From NCBI RefSeq assembly GCF_009914755.1, contig NC_060932.1: 64,000 nt of DNA; one strand, written 5' to 3'. The translations under genes were made by a program, and so were the position numbers. The notes beneath the pieces are model-generated. The model ran no database searches and was not told where the DNA came from. It worked only from the letters and a program-made list of their open reading frames with translations. Positions within the stretch are counted from its first letter, which is position 1. Each line of letters opens with the position of its first letter. Shown piece after piece: positions 46,015 to 60,989 of this stretch. This DNA comes from the human T2T-CHM13v2.0 reference genome, Homo sapiens.

Positions 46015-46789
46015 TGATGGAAAAAATAATAGATTTCACCTAGAAGCCTTGGGAAAACAATCCCCGGGTGACAGTTATCTGTCAGGTTCTGAAGCAATCA
46101 TTCCAGACTGGGAATAGAATCAGAGGGCTCTGAGGAAAATGAAGAACAGAAGAACCAAAACAAAATCTAGCCTAAGGAGCTAGATAATATTAATGAGTAT
46201 GTCAAGAAAGAATATATATTTCTTCTTTCCACTTAGGATCCCCACCAAAAATAGAAAACAAAAACAGAAAATGAACAAACAGGCTGTGTAACAAAGTCAT
46301 GGTTCAAATATGAAGGAAACTAAAAGATGTCATGCATGCCTTTCAGCAATGATGGTGTGTTATGACACAGAAACCATTTAACCTAGAAGTGATCCTTGAG
46401 TGTCATGAAGGTTATGACTTTGGTCACAGAGAGAATGAGATGCAATCTTATATGATTTGTTTCTGCAGTTAGCATTATTAAAATAATTGTATAATATATA
46501 CCCTGTTTATTAATTTTAAGCTTTTAGAAAGAAATATGGGTGACTTACATGTGGTTACAAGTTAAATATTACCAAACCTTTTACTAAAGATACAGCTCAG
46601 AGGGTAGAAGTAGAAGGTGGCGAGAGGCAGAGAGACGGGCAGAATTGCTAATCGTCTCATTGGGTGTGGTGTGCAGGCCAGAGACATTGCCCAAACTTTC
46701 AAAAACAAGAAATAGTAGCTTAAGTGTATTATACATTGGCACAAGGTTATCAATATCAGAATTAAAATTATAACTAAAAGTGGACACAA

Positions 46790-48232
46790 ACTTCCTCAAC
46801 TTGCTAAGGAACATTTGCAAAAACCCTACAGCTAACATCATACTTAATTGAGAGAAACTAGATGCTTTCTCACTAAGACCAGGAATAAGGTAATAATGTC
46901 AGCTTTCACAACTCCTTCTCAGCATCATACAGCAAGTGCTAACTAACCAAATAAGACAAGAAAAGAAATAAAATGAAAATAAAAGATTGGAAAAGAAGAC
47001 ATAAATAAAACTGTCTTTGTTTGCCAATGACATGATGGTCCATGTAGAAAATCCCCTAAATTAACAAAAAAGACTCCTGGAACTAATGAGTAATTACAGC
47101 AAGGTTGTGGGATACAAAGTTAATATAAGAAAATCAATTGCTTTCTTCCATACCAGCAATGAACAATTGGAATTTAGAATTAAAAACATGAGACTGTTTG
47201 CATTAGCACCAAAAAAGAAAGAAAAAAATACTTTAGGTAGAGAACCAAGAAAATATGTCTAAGTTATATAAGAGGAAAAATACAAAACTTTGATGAAATA
47301 AAAAAGATCTAAATAAATGGAGAGATATTCCATGTACATACATAGGAAGACTCACTATTGTCAAGATGTCAGTTCCTCCCAATTTGATCTATAGATTCAA
47401 TGCAATCCCAATCCGAATCCCAGCAAGTTATTTTGTGGATGTCAGCAAACTGATTCCAAAGTTCATATGGAGAGGCAAAAGGCTTATTATAGCCAACACG
47501 ATATTGAAGGAGAAAAGCAAAGTCAGAGCACTGACACTACCTGGCCTTAAGACTTACTAGAAAGCTTTCTATAGAGATGTACAGTAGTCAAGACAGTGTG
47601 GTACTGGCAAAAGAATAAATTAGATCAATGGAATAGAATAGAGAGCCAGAAATTGACACATACGAATATGGTCAATAGATCTTGGGAAAAGTAGCAAAGA
47701 CAATTCAATAGAGAGAGGATAATTTTTTCAACCAGTGGCGCTAGAAAACTAGATATCCCCATACATAAAAAGGAGAATCTAGACACATACATTATATCTT
47801 TCACAAAAGGCTGCATACTGTATGATTCCAACTACATGACATTCTGAAAAGGACAAGATTAAGGAGACAATAAAAAGGTCGGTGGTTGCCAGGGGCTTGC
47901 AGTGGGGGAGGTAACATTGAGTAGGTGGAACATAGGAGATTTTTAGGACAGTGTAACCATTCTGTAAGATACTATGATGGTGGAAACATGCCATTATACA
48001 TTTGTCAAAACCCATAGAATGTACAACATAAAGAGTGAATCCTAACGTAAACTACAGACTTTAGTTAATAATACTATATAAATGTTGGCTCATCAACTGC
48101 AACAAATTTATCACATTAATGCAATATATTAATAGGGGAAACTAGGGGGAGACGTATGAGGGTCCATATGGAACCTCTGTATTTTCCACTCCATTGTTCT
48201 GTAAACCTAAAACTGTTCAAAAAATAAAGTCT
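46790..48232 (+). mobile_element. L1MC/MD-type ORF2 fragment plus 3' end, with an internal deletion near 47805
   Basis: ORF 47366-47560 [10 protein letters not shown]; ctgtctttgtttgccaatgacatgat (FADD region); 3' UTR ggctgcatactgtatgattcc...gtaaacctaaaactg. Confidence 0.85.
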
Positions 48233-48411
48233 ATTTTTTAAAAATGGTAGAAGAAAGCTATTTTACGTGGTTCTATTTTATATTTACATGACTCTTGAAG
48301 TATTCCAGAAGAGAGAGATTCTTCTCCATTACTAAAAGAGGCCTAATACATTAAATATCTGTTTTCAGTAAACTTGTTTTTGTACTTTGGTAATCGTGAT
48401 TTCTCTCCTGA

Positions 48412-48736
<325 letters not shown>

Positions 48737-49069
48737 CTTTCACTCTGTTTTTTATGGTTCGTCTGGGTGCAGGATAGATGGATTTGATTATGTGATTAGC
48801 ACATTTCAGGTAAGATGAGTGATACTTCCTTGAGAATATGATAAAATAAATGTGATATTTGTAGTTTCCTCTTTTCCTCTACACAGGCTCACAATCCACA
48901 GCAAAGATTGTTTACTGTGAGAACATTTTTCTCTGAGGAAACTACACAAATATTTATGTTGGCTTCTCTTATTAAAGAATGGATAAAGGAGAAACAAAAA
49001 ACCAAGTCAGACCTATCTTGTTTAGAGATAGAGTGATTAAGCTCTAGAAGGCCAACAGAGTTCTATTGT

Positions 49070-50058
49070 GTTCTATTCGTCCATCAATTCATTCATATAT
49101 CCAATTAGCAAGTGTTTATTGAATTACAATTGCATGCCAGGTTCTGGGAAGGCTCTGGGTCCTTTCCTTCAAGACACCGTTGTCTGTCTGTAGAGAATCT
49201 TGTCAATTGATCTGCAATTATGATAAAGTGTACTCAGTGCTTTGTTAAGAGAAAAAGACTACACTATGGAGCTTGGCATTGTAAGAATTGTCAAAGTACT
49301 CTACGGTGGCAGGGGTGCACATTGCAAAGTGGAAAGTGGCATGGAATGAGGCCAGAGAGTCCTCATGTGATACATGACATTTGCCTGTATTCTGAAGGAT
49401 TTGGAGCAGGGTCAGAACCCTCTTGTATTCCAGGAAAAACTCTCTTGACCTCTTTTCTTATTCCTGATGACCATGAGACCAGTTCCACAGGTGCTTTCAC
49501 AACTGCATACAGCAACAAGAAAAGAGTGTTTCACCCTTCTTGCTTCCTGACTCAAATCTTATCTGTGTAAGCCTCTTGGCACTCATGCATGGGCAACAAA
49601 GAAGTACAGGAGTCAATTAATGCCCCACGGGGCAATCCTTGACTAATTGGGAATAGGAATAGGAAATGATGAATAAATGACCCAGAGAGACTAAGAAAAA
49701 GAAGGCTGAGGACCAAGCTCCAAAGAACATCAACTTGTAGAAAACAATTTAAGAATTTAAAGATTTAGAGATGGGTCCAGGAAGAGAACTCCGCAAGGAA
49801 AGGGTATAGGGATCCGACGAACGAGAGAACATTGACATCTTAGAAGGCAGAGGAAGAAAGTTTTCCTAGGATGAGAGAGAACCAACACTGTCAAATGCTG
49901 CAGGAAGGTCAAATAAGACAAGAAATGAAAAGCATGCATTGGAATTAAAAACATGAAGACATTAGTGATCTGTATCAGATGAGTGTCATTGCAGCAGTGG
50001 GAGAGTAGCCACATTATAGGGATTGAGAAAAGATTTGGAGGTAAAGAAGTTAGGACAA
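49070..50058 (-). mobile_element. L2 fragments, possibly with an LTR16-like piece at about 49420-49680
   Basis: cattcat...caagtgtttattgaa...tgccaggttctgg; caacactgtcaaatgctgcaggaaggtcaaataaga. Confidence 0.55.
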
Positions 50059-50533
50059 TGTATTAGTTTTTTATTGCTGTAGTAACAAATTATAACAAAC
50101 AATAGTATAAAACAACACACACTTATCTTATTGTCTTGTAGGTTCTTACTGGACTAAAATCAAAGTGTTAGTAGGGCTGTGTTCCTTCTGGGGGCTCTGG
50201 AGGACACTTTCCAGGTTCTAGAGGCTACCCATGATCCTTGGCTTGTGGCCCCTTCCTCCATCTTCAAAGTCAGCAATGTTGCATCTCTCTGACCATTCCT
50301 TCAGTCACATCTCCCTCTATAATCATACCTGAAAAGCTTCTCTGCTTTTAAGGATTCATGTGCTTATACTGCCCACCCCCAACTCCCACATGATTCAGAA
50401 AAATCTTTCCTTCTCAAGTTCCCTAACTTAGTTATATCAGCAGGTAATTGCCTTTTGCCATGTAAAGTGACATTTATATTTCTGGGGCTGAAGATGCAAA
50501 TATCTTTGGGCTGCCATTATTCTGCCTACCACA
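50059..50533 (-). mobile_element. MLT1C/D-like LTR
   Basis: tgtattagttttttattgctgtagtaacaaatta...ccattattctgcctaccaca; near-TSD gacaa/ggcaa. Confidence 0.85.
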
Positions 50534-51177
50534 GGCAATGAGCAGAACTCTTTAGAAATTTTTCCAGGAAGAAGAGTAATGTAGCATAGCTTGAAGGCAT
50601 GTGCAGTTGCACTTTTTTTTAGGAAGTGATGGGGAGGGAAGGCTTAGAAGTCAGATGGACACTGCAAGGATGATATTCTTCGGAGACAACTCACAGACAA
50701 AAATTGGCTGTTTATTTTACTGGGATGATTGTAGATTAAGTTGTCCTAATGAGAAAGTGATTATCCATTACATGTTAGATGATGGCTATGATGATGATTT
50801 GGTCTAAAGCTAGTCTGATCTGAAAATGATTGCATCTTTAAGAACTATAGATTCGTGCTAAAGTAATACTATCCAAACATTGATTTAGTTTGCCATAAAA
50901 CATTGTATTGGAGAATAAAATATGGTTTATGAAAACTGCATTTCATCTTTTAAACAATACATATTCTAAACTTGTTATACTGGTATCGTAGAATTAATTA
51001 CATGTTCTAGAACATCCTGTGCTTGTTATGAGTAAATTGCCAAAAAAATTAAGTGGAAGTTACCAGGGATTTAAGCATGAACTGTAAAATAAATTAATAA
51101 ATATTTTTAGAATTACTTATTGTCTAAGAGCCTTAAATGTGTATTAATATAGTTCCAATGTGTCTATGATAGTCTTC

Positions 51178-51320
51178 TCTATATAATTATATGTATATAA
51201 TATATATACATTATATATACACACATATATGTATACATACATATATAAACATGTATCATATATCACATATAAAATATGTATGGAAAATATAAATTTACAT
51301 ATGTGTGTGTATATATATAT
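51178..51320. repeat. (TA)/(CA)-rich low-complexity tract
   Basis: tatataattatatgtatataatatatatac... Confidence 0.8.
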
Positions 51321-51704
51321 GATCTAGAGTTGTCTATTATAGGCCAGAATAGTAAACAAAATGACAGAATCAATTTTACTGTATAAAGAGCTTTACTGTG
51401 TAATTTACCGATAAAGAGCAGTCTGACTCAGAGTTCCCTATTTAACAAGACAGGCATGCAATAAAGCAACCTTCTATTTTCTGTGCTGTATCTTCTACTG
51501 AAGTTTAGCATCAAATTTGATCTAGTGAAATGGCAGAAAGGCTAAAATGACCTCTATCTGAAATATGACCAAGGAGTTCTCTTTTTCCAAAAAGGCAGCT
51601 TTGTATTTTTTAGGCTTTTAGTGTAGGAATAGCCCTTCTCTGGGCCTGACCAAAGGAAGCTTACTGTGCCCTGTGCTTTGACTCTTTGAACCTTATGATA
51701 ACAA

Positions 51705-51833
51705 ATTATTATTATTTTCTCTTTGGAGACAAGGTCTTGCTCTGTCACCCAGGCTAGAGTGCAGTGGTGTGATCATAGCTCACTGTGGCCTTGATGTCCT
51801 GGGCACAAGTGATTCTCCAGCCTTAACCTCCCA
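51705..51833 (-). mobile_element. Alu monomer or partial AluJ/FLAM
   Basis: gagacaaggtcttgctctgtcacccaggctagagtgcagtggtgtgatcatagctcactg. Confidence 0.85.
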
Positions 51834-52497
51834 TATGATAATGGATTCTAACCACACCAAGTTCATGCATATGGAATACATTCAATGGCTGAGCTAGTTT
51901 CCTACTTAGTCTCCCCTCTATTTTCTTTTCTCCCATCTCCTTTTCACTGGATGCTTCAACCTCATTAGTATTTGAGGAAAAAAACTGGATCCTGTCCATC
52001 ATTTTGGTTGTTGCTTTCCTTTTCCTGGCAGACAGGGCCTAAAGTTTCAATAGAGGAAGTGGGGAGGGATACAGCACATTCAGAGTTTATGAAAGACCTT
52101 ATTTACCATCAAAGTGAAGGTTTCCAGATACTCCAGCCCTGTTTTCTTATGCTCTTATGTCTTTGATGAGGAATTAAGAACTCTAGCCAGCACAATAGAA
52201 GACATTGAGAGCTGGCTGGCAGAAAGCACTACATGGTGTCCTGAAGTTGTTCATTAATTATAAATGATATTGAGGAGTAGACCAAGGGGTAGAAGTGTGT
52301 TCAGAAACTTTAAATATCTTAAGAATTTCTACACAAGCATTTCTGAGAGAAATTTGAATTTACACAGTTAAAAATGAATATTTTTCTGCTAGCTTCCATC
52401 ACACCAATTTTTTTTTTTGCAAAGCATTCATTGCATCTTACCTTTTAAACAGTTACATGTCACTTTGACCCTCTTCCTGACTCAACTGTAAGTCTTT

Positions 52498-52680
52498 AGA
52501 TGGTGGTTCTCAAACGTTAGTGAGTTTAAGAACAATCTGAGGACCTTGGTAAGAGAATTTAGGGCAGATATCTGTGGGATTCTCATTCAACAAATTTGTG
52601 GTGGGGTCCAGCAATGTTCATTTTAACAAGACCTCGGGTGATTGTAATTCAATGGTCTGTGAGCCACCTTGAGAAATATG
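52498..52680. mobile_element. MER5-family MITE
   Basis: gtggttctcaaac...gggattctcattcaac...cattttaacaagacctcgggtgatt...ccttgagaaa. Confidence 0.7.
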
Positions 52681-54327
52681 TGTCTGCAGATCAGGGTCTC
52701 TGTGGCTCTTGGGCCTTCGCAGTATGCACTGCTCGTAGAGATCCTCAGTGCATGTTTGTGGAATTGAGGTAAATGATTTGGATGGGTAAAACCCCATTAA
52801 TGATTCAAACTCAAGTGTCCTGCTTTCAGAGATGAGCTTGCAGCCCTAACGGATTGTCCATAGACTAATTTTTTGATAGAAGGAAGTTGCATAAGCAGTT
52901 CTTTACTGGGGACAATTAGTACAAGAGATTCTATTTTATGTAGGAGAACAACTGATAGAAAGTTGCTTTATTTATTTGCTTTTTTCCCTAGGGAAAGGTG
53001 CAGACCTGGGGAGGAAGAAATGCTGCCTGTAGTACATGGGGAGAAGGTTCAGTCATGCTTGCATTTCCCATTCATTTCTGGATGTGTGCTTCCTATGTCT
53101 TCCGCTTCTTTTGTTTATTGTTTACTAGGTGCTGTGAGGTCTGCTCTTTAATATGCTTTGCCCTTTGTTCTTCTGCCACAGGGTGTGAAGCCATCTATGT
53201 TGTTTGCCCTTTGCTCTTGGCTACCTCTAAATAGTCATTTGTAAAAGAAAGAGGAAAATCACATCTTGCCCATCAGCTTTGTGTACATCATTCGAAAATT
53301 TTATCTTTAATATACAAAGAAAGTACAATCCTTCTTTGTGTGGTTACAGAGGGGAATGGTCACACTATGCTCTGGAAAGACATCATCTGGAAAACCAATA
53401 GGTAATTATTTTAATGTAAATATAGTGAAAAGCATCTTTATGTTTTAGAGTTTTGCTAATGCTTTCAGTGACTGCAACAAATTAACATACCACTTTCTTG
53501 CAACAACTCTATTCACTCTTCAGTTTATTTAAATGCCATTAGTTTTAGACTGAAGTTGATCTGTGGAAAATATATGTGTATAATACCAATTCAAAAAAAT
53601 ATATAAATTGTTTTGTTTGTTAAATGTATTGGAAATATTTAAGGCTTAGTTTCCAAGTGAGAAAAGGCAATAAACTTTAACTTTAAAATCAAGAATGTTC
53701 TGTGTGTCTATCTTCAAAAATCTAAGATTATTTCCGTTATCTATCTAGCTTTCTATCTTCTGATGAGCATTCAACAACAGCTTTATCTTTTCAATTAGTG
53801 ACACCGTCTTAAATCACAGCAGCTCTTAGAAACAAAACTGGCACAAATACCCTCGCCTCTCAATGGATTTACATACTATCTTGATGTTGAAAAAAGTTGT
53901 AGACATGGAAAACAGCACAGTACAAGGGTGATGCTTATTTTATCTGGGGTTTATTGCATGGGCAGAGGCTGTCATTTTCCCATAGTGTCTTCATTTATTA
54001 TGCTAATTGACTTTCCAAGCTCAGACTGGAGGGTGTCTGCCCTGTGAACTATTCTCAGTTGGAGGGTTTTAAAAGCAAACCTGTTTTGTGCCTGAATGAA
54101 ACCAAAAATCAATGTGTTTCTTTTCAAAGAGGGAGGGTCAATACCGTGGTTGTTTTTGTTCCCATCCAGTTATGTAACCGTGGGGACTTGTTTCTTTGCT
54201 TTCAGGATTTGTACGAAACACATTAAAGTTAAACAATAGCGGAGGCTTAGGAGTAACCCTCGAGCTGCGCCTTGGAGTGTGTGTCCCTGGGATTGGGAAC
54301 CTCCTGTGAGTTCCATATCAAGTGCTG

Positions 54328-54328
<1 letters not shown>

Positions 54329-54363
<35 letters not shown>

Positions 54364-54394
54364 GTGTGTGTGTGCGCGCGCGCGCGTGTGTGTG
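54329..54394. repeat. (TG)n-(CG)6-(TG)n alternating purine-pyrimidine repeat in the PREX2 promoter
   Basis: 66 bp of uninterrupted alternation; (CG)6 at 54375-54386. Confidence 0.95.
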
Positions 54395-54497
54395 ATTAGC
54401 CAGTACGCAGTACTTCCCCAGGGTTGTGTTTCCTTTTTCCTGAGATTTGGCGAAGGGTAAAGGGTCGGAGTCACATGGATACAAAGCTTTTGATTAA

Positions 54498-55139
<642 letters not shown>

Positions 55140-57326
55140 TGACCCCCGCGGGGATTTGTTGGTGCCCCGAGACTCACTGAGTTGCGGGGGCCTTGGAGAC
55201 CTCCAGGTCTGAAAAGTTAGCTCTAGAGAAGAGAGCTCCAGTCCAGGGAATCCCGGCTGCCCTATCTTCCCTCACTTTTCTTTTACCCGCCTCCCCAGTC
55301 TGCTCAAGTGCACTGTGTAATTGATTTTCCTTCTTGTTCTTTCCTGGAGACTTTGTTTTAAAGCTTTGGTTTTGTGATTAAAGGTCCAGTCGGCTACATC
55401 CAGGTACACTAAGTTAAAAAAAATCCTTGAATGTGCTCGAGCTTGAGTTCGTTACTCAGATAACATGGCAGTGGCCGCTTTAGTTATGGTCTTTGAGACA
55501 GAGGATTCTGGTGTAGGGGTACAGAGAGAGCAGCGGGGTGATGATCTCTAGCAGCTGTTGGATATTAAAGCCACATGTGGCGCTCACCCTGTCCTAGTCT
55601 TACAATTCCCTCCCCCCCGCCCCCCGCCCCGGCTTAAATCTGTCTTCTGCTCAGTTTCTGGTCCCCTGTTTACATGGCCCATGAGAGTGCTGTAATCAAG
55701 CTTCGGGACTTCGTGGAAGTGGGGATGTACTTATATTCCACGTTTCTGCTTGACTCACTGCCATCTGCTTTGAAAACGTCTCATTCATTTTAGGGCCGAA
55801 GGGGCAAAACTGAGTGAAAGTAACTGCTGAGATAACACTCAAAAGTTGAATTTTTCCTATTCATTGCTGAAAAGACAAAGAATTTGAGCCTTGGCTTCTT
55901 TCCACCCAGATTCCTGGGAGAGCATCATTCAAAGAACCAGGAGCTTTAGTTTTTGTGATCTCATCCAAATCCTTCTCCTTCCAACAACCAATTCCATGCC
56001 CCCTTGGTCTGAAGGAAAATATTTCAGGTGCCAAACTTCCTGCTTAGTGTTCTGAAATCTGTCAACTTTCTGCTTATAATCATGACAGATAAAATTCACT
56101 TCTTGGCTGTGGCAAGAAGGAAAGAAAAATGTCTCAAGTGATGTAAAATGTACAGGCTGCGTTATGGTTGACTTCTCAAAATCAATATACTTGACTTCCA
56201 GGGGCCACATTCTCTGCAAATATACAGGTATTTGAGAATATCCTGGTAACTGGTGGTTTATAGAATTATTATATACTTCCTTGTAACAAAGATTGTCAAA
56301 AAAGTATGTTTTTAAGATTTGATTTTTAATAGCTTTAAATTTGGCTTTCATGAAACTTTTTTGGTAACAAAGTTCTTTGTCTTTTGAAGAATCTGAGTCA
56401 TTTCTTACATAATTACTCTTTCTGAAGATCTGTGAACAAAGTACTGTGCAGAATGCTAATTTGCAGAGACAGTTAATCTAATTATATTAAAAACCAATTT
56501 GTTGATCTTTATTTAAAATATCAGTTTTTCTTCTAATCTTAAACCTGATCATTACAACAGAAAACTTACTGTTAGTATATAGAGTTAGGTAAGAAAGTGT
56601 GGAAAGTATAAAATAAATTTTCCCCTTTTATAAGGAGAACATCATTTCATGATTTCTTTTTATCTCTTTCAGAATTTATGGGCTCTTCCACTTTTCATTT
56701 TCTTTGTGCATCATTTGTGCCTGTTTATGTTTATATGCACAAATGCACTAATTAGTCTGAATGCCATCCTAAATAAAAGTTTACTCTGGCTTACAAAGCC
56801 TAAGATCTATTTATAATAGATTATTAGATTTTCTTTTTAGGGTGTTATTTATAGCAACATTTACTCCCCATGGAGTTTTCTTGGTTACCTGAAGTTGATG
56901 TAGTCACTCTGGTTTTGATATTAGACTATGCTAATATGTACCAAGAGCTTTTAATCTATGCAAACCCTTTGGCCTGGTAATTCCTCTTCTAGGAACCTAT
57001 CCTAAGGGAATGATCAGAGATGGAAACAAGCAATAGAAGTTATTTTTAAAAGTTAGCCATAGTATTAAATAAGTCGAGTGGTAAATTTGTTGCCAAAAAT
57101 TGATAGTTTACTCCTAAGTCAAATTAAATATTTGTTAGATTAGTCATTAATCATTTCTATTATTGCTTTAAGCCATTAACATGGATGAAGGATGACTAAT
57201 CTTTATTAGGAAGAGGAAGAAGAGGTAGAAAACATATTTTTAGTTCTACTAAGAACATATTTTTACTTAACTGCCCTATAAATAAGCAAACAAAATGGTA
57301 TTACTAGCTTTATAAAAAGATCATAT

Positions 57327-57676
<350 letters not shown>

Positions 57677-58766
57677 TCAATTCCCACACTTTGGCCTTTA
57701 AGGAAAGAGCATCTTCCCCCACTGCCATCCCCAAGACAGCCCATGAGCATTGCCTTTCTTCTCTAAGCTAAGGTATGGGTCTATCTGCATCTTCTCTGTA
57801 GTTGCCCCCAGGCACACACCGCTGTTTGAACAAAGCTCTGTGTCTTCAGCTGGCTACTCTTTCCATGGTGGGCTGTGCTTCCTCAGGCCTCTGCCTTTGT
57901 TCTTCCTGGGGCCTTCCTTTTGTACCTGGTGGATTCCTACTGGGCTTTCAAGGCTCAGTTAGCCCCTTCTTCCCAGGTGCTCCTTGCTTTGTATCCACTC
58001 TACCCTGCATTTCCTTCTTCCATAGTACCCAAAGTAGTTGATGTGTGCATTTGTTTACTTTGGTCCTCATTCTGTTAGACCTCCTTGAGGACAGGGACAT
58101 ACCACCTTGTGTGCCTGTGCTTTCCATAATTGTGTGCAGTGCTTGTGACATTGTAGGTCCTCAATAAATGCTTGCTGAGTGCATGCATGAATCAATGAGT
58201 TGACCCATCTTCTATCCTCCCACTCCATTTTTAAGGATAGTGCCTCAATCATCCTGAACATTTTGATTTCCTGTTTTCTTCCATTTGGTCAAAATAGATA
58301 GTAGAATTTTCAGTTTTGCTCAGGCACATATGAATTTATGCAGTCAAAAATTTCAAATTAAACATGTGGTACCTGCCTTTAAAACAGAAACATGATTTAA
58401 ATCAGGTATTGAGGTATTAAAGACTTTGCATGCACTATTGTTTCATATATTTTAAATTTTTGTTTGAGATCATGGATAGGTTACACTATCTAGATTAATT
58501 ATTTTTAGGTCACAGATAAAATGGTAGAGAGTGACATAATTTGCTTGAATTTATGTTCTTGTTTTGCTTGGGAAATGAAATTTTGTGCTTTATTAAAATA
58601 TTTTCAAACATTTCTTCTAAATAAATGATTACATGAACCTGACATCCAGTATTTAACATCCAAAGTCTGGACAATAGTAAGTTACAACCTGTTTCCTGTT
58701 TGCAAACCTGTGACAGAGCCTGCCGAGATGACAGACTCATGTGAGTGGACAGAGAAAAGGAAGACC

Positions 58767-59070
58767 CAGGGCTGGCTTCATGGATGCACATCCTGTGCAG
58801 TGGCCCAGGGTTCTGAGCTGAGAAGGATGCCCAGCTTGTTTTAATGCTCTGCTATTGCCATCTTGAAATTCTTGCCAATTTTATCTTTGACCTTGTGTTT
58901 TGCAAATGAAGTCTGATGGGACGGTGGACATGAGCAGAGCAGATACATGAAAGAAAAAAGCTTTATATTTCAGTACCTTTAATAGCATTCCCCCACAGCC
59001 CCCTGCTTTTTGAACAAGAAACCTCACATTTTTATTTTGCACTGGGCCTGGAAAATTGTGTAGGCCATTT
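58767..59070. mobile_element. MER45-family (hAT-Tip100) element
   Basis: cagggctggcttcatgg...tgtgcagt...tttaatgctctgctattgccatcttgaaattctt...ttttgcactgggcc. Confidence 0.78.
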
Positions 59071-59095
59071 AACTGTGGGTCAGTGGCAATGAGGC

Positions 59096-59226
59096 AGGAT
59101 GACCATATAATTTACTGTCTAAACTGGGACACTTCTGAGGGTGAAAGGGAGTGCTATTAATAATGACACTGGGAAACAGATGGAAACTGGGATTGTTCCT
59201 GGCAAACCAGAATGCATGGCTAGTCC
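59096..59226. mobile_element. MER81-like (hAT-Blackjack) MITE
   Basis: ggatgaccatataattta...aaactgggacactt...gtgaaaggg..tgctattaataat...ggcaaaccagaatgcatgg. Confidence 0.78.
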
Positions 59227-59304
59227 ACATTGTGGGCATATTAAAACAATGACTTCAAGCTATGTGTCTTGTCATAAACCAAATATTTTCAAGTTTGTTG
59301 CCTG

Positions 59305-59520
59305 TCCAGGCTTTGATCTTGGATACCTTGGTATTTGAGTCCCATCTCTAATTTGCTTTGTGATTTTAAACACATTCCTAACTTTTCATGCCCCTTTTTC
59401 TTCATTCGTAGAAGGGAGAACAATAGCATTTCTCAGGGGTATTGTAAGGATGATGAGATATATGCATTGGGCTTGGCCCATCTGGCTCATAAGAGGGTCC
59501 TATAAGTAGTTACTGTTATT
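59305..59520 (+). mobile_element. MIR
   Basis: ttgagtcccatctct...ttcttcattcgtagaaggg...ctcaggggtattgtaaggat. Confidence 0.55.
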
Positions 59521-60223
59521 TTGCTGATGCTACAGTTGTTATAAAGAGCCATGCCTATGATCATCATTAGATAGAATTTTTGTTTCTGTTATATTCCTTT
59601 TCTACCCTTTCTGTATGTCCCCACTTCTCTTCGTTTCCTCCTTCTTTGTTTTCCTTTTGTTAGTGTAGTCTTCTTAATGATATTCTTATAAATGCTCATT
59701 AGTTGATTTTAAGACAGTGAGAAAACTTTATATTCCAGGTAACAACAACCACAGTTAGTATGGCGCCTTGGAGTTTAAACAATTGCATCCTCACTCTATT
59801 ATTCAGCTTAATATATGCATGTCTCTTAGCTCTTTCAAATTGTGCTCCCTGGAGCTCCAGAGGCCCTTGCAAGGGCTGCTGGAGAGCTAGATTTTATGGC
59901 TTCAGGATTGTCACCCTGGCTTCTCTGTGCATGGCTCAACCTTTCTCAGATTTGAGCTTTCGTAAAAGCAGTTAGAAAAAACATTTGTCTACATGGCAAA
60001 TTCCCAGAGAAAAGGGGGTTTGCATTTACTTCCTATGTATGCTTTTCTTGGCCTAAACACAGGGCTTTGTAAATAGCAGGTGCTCAAGAAAACAGACAAA
60101 CAGGCAAACAAAGCAAAAGCAAACAAAGCAGAATTTGAATGCATCTGAAATCAAACTCTTTAAGTCATGACCTGACTCTTCCAGGCAAAGATGATTGATT
60201 CAGCACATTATGCTTAAGGTTTA

Positions 60224-60620
60224 TGTTATGGACTGAATTGTTTCCCTCCTCAGGAGTCATATGTTGAAGTCCTAATCCCCAATACTTAAGAATAGGACTG
60301 TATTTGTAGATAGGGCCTTTAAATAGGTGATAGAGTTAAAATGAGGTCATAGGGTAGACCTTAATTCAGTTTGACTAAAGTCCTTCAAAGAAGAGGAGAT
60401 TTGGACACACAGAGAGATACTGGGGTGTACAGAGGAAAGGCCTTGGGAGGACATGGGGAAAAGGCAGCCCTCTGCAAGCTAAGGAGGGAAGCTTCAGGAG
60501 AAACCAAACCTACTGACACCTTGATCTTAGATTTCTAAGCTTTCAGAGTTGTGAGAAAATCAATTTCTGCTTAAGCCATCAATCTGTGGTATTTTATTAT
60601 GGCAGCCTGTGCAGACAAAC
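60224..60620 (+). mobile_element. MLT1A0/B-like LTR
   Basis: tgttatggactgaattgt...atatgttgaagtcctaatcccca...ctgtggtattttattatggcagcc. Confidence 0.85.
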
Positions 60621-60989
60621 GCAGCTTATATTAGGTGCTGGGTCATCACAATACTCTATGGGAGCTGCGACACTAGAGCCATAAGCAAAGTCACGTGGAG
60701 GCAGTAGAGATTCTTTCAGTTGGGGAGTCAAGGAAAGTTTTGGAAAGAGGTGATGATAGAGCTGGCTCCTAAAGGAGGAGGAGGAATGTGCTATACTGGG
60801 AGAATTATCCATCCCCAAAGTGCTGCATGTGTTATGTGACCTCAGCGTGGCAGATCCTCACATTTAGGGGTCTGAAACAGTCTTGTAATTATACCCTATT
60901 ATAATACCAATTACTTTAATATAAAAATAGTAGCTATTGCGATTAGATTTGTTTCTTAGCAAGAGAATTCTGTTGACAAGGTTGAGGAA

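Noticed and set aside
49220-49570. ORF starting MIKCTQCFVKRKRLHYGAWHCKNC, superficially like the RPL37A C4 zinc ribbon
   Set aside because: Spacing differs, there is no similarity outside the motif, no poly(A) or TSD, and the DNA reads as an L2 fragment; treated as chance.
55568-55586. Possible CTCF site (gccacatgtggcgct)
   Set aside because: Four mismatches in the 5' half of the core consensus.
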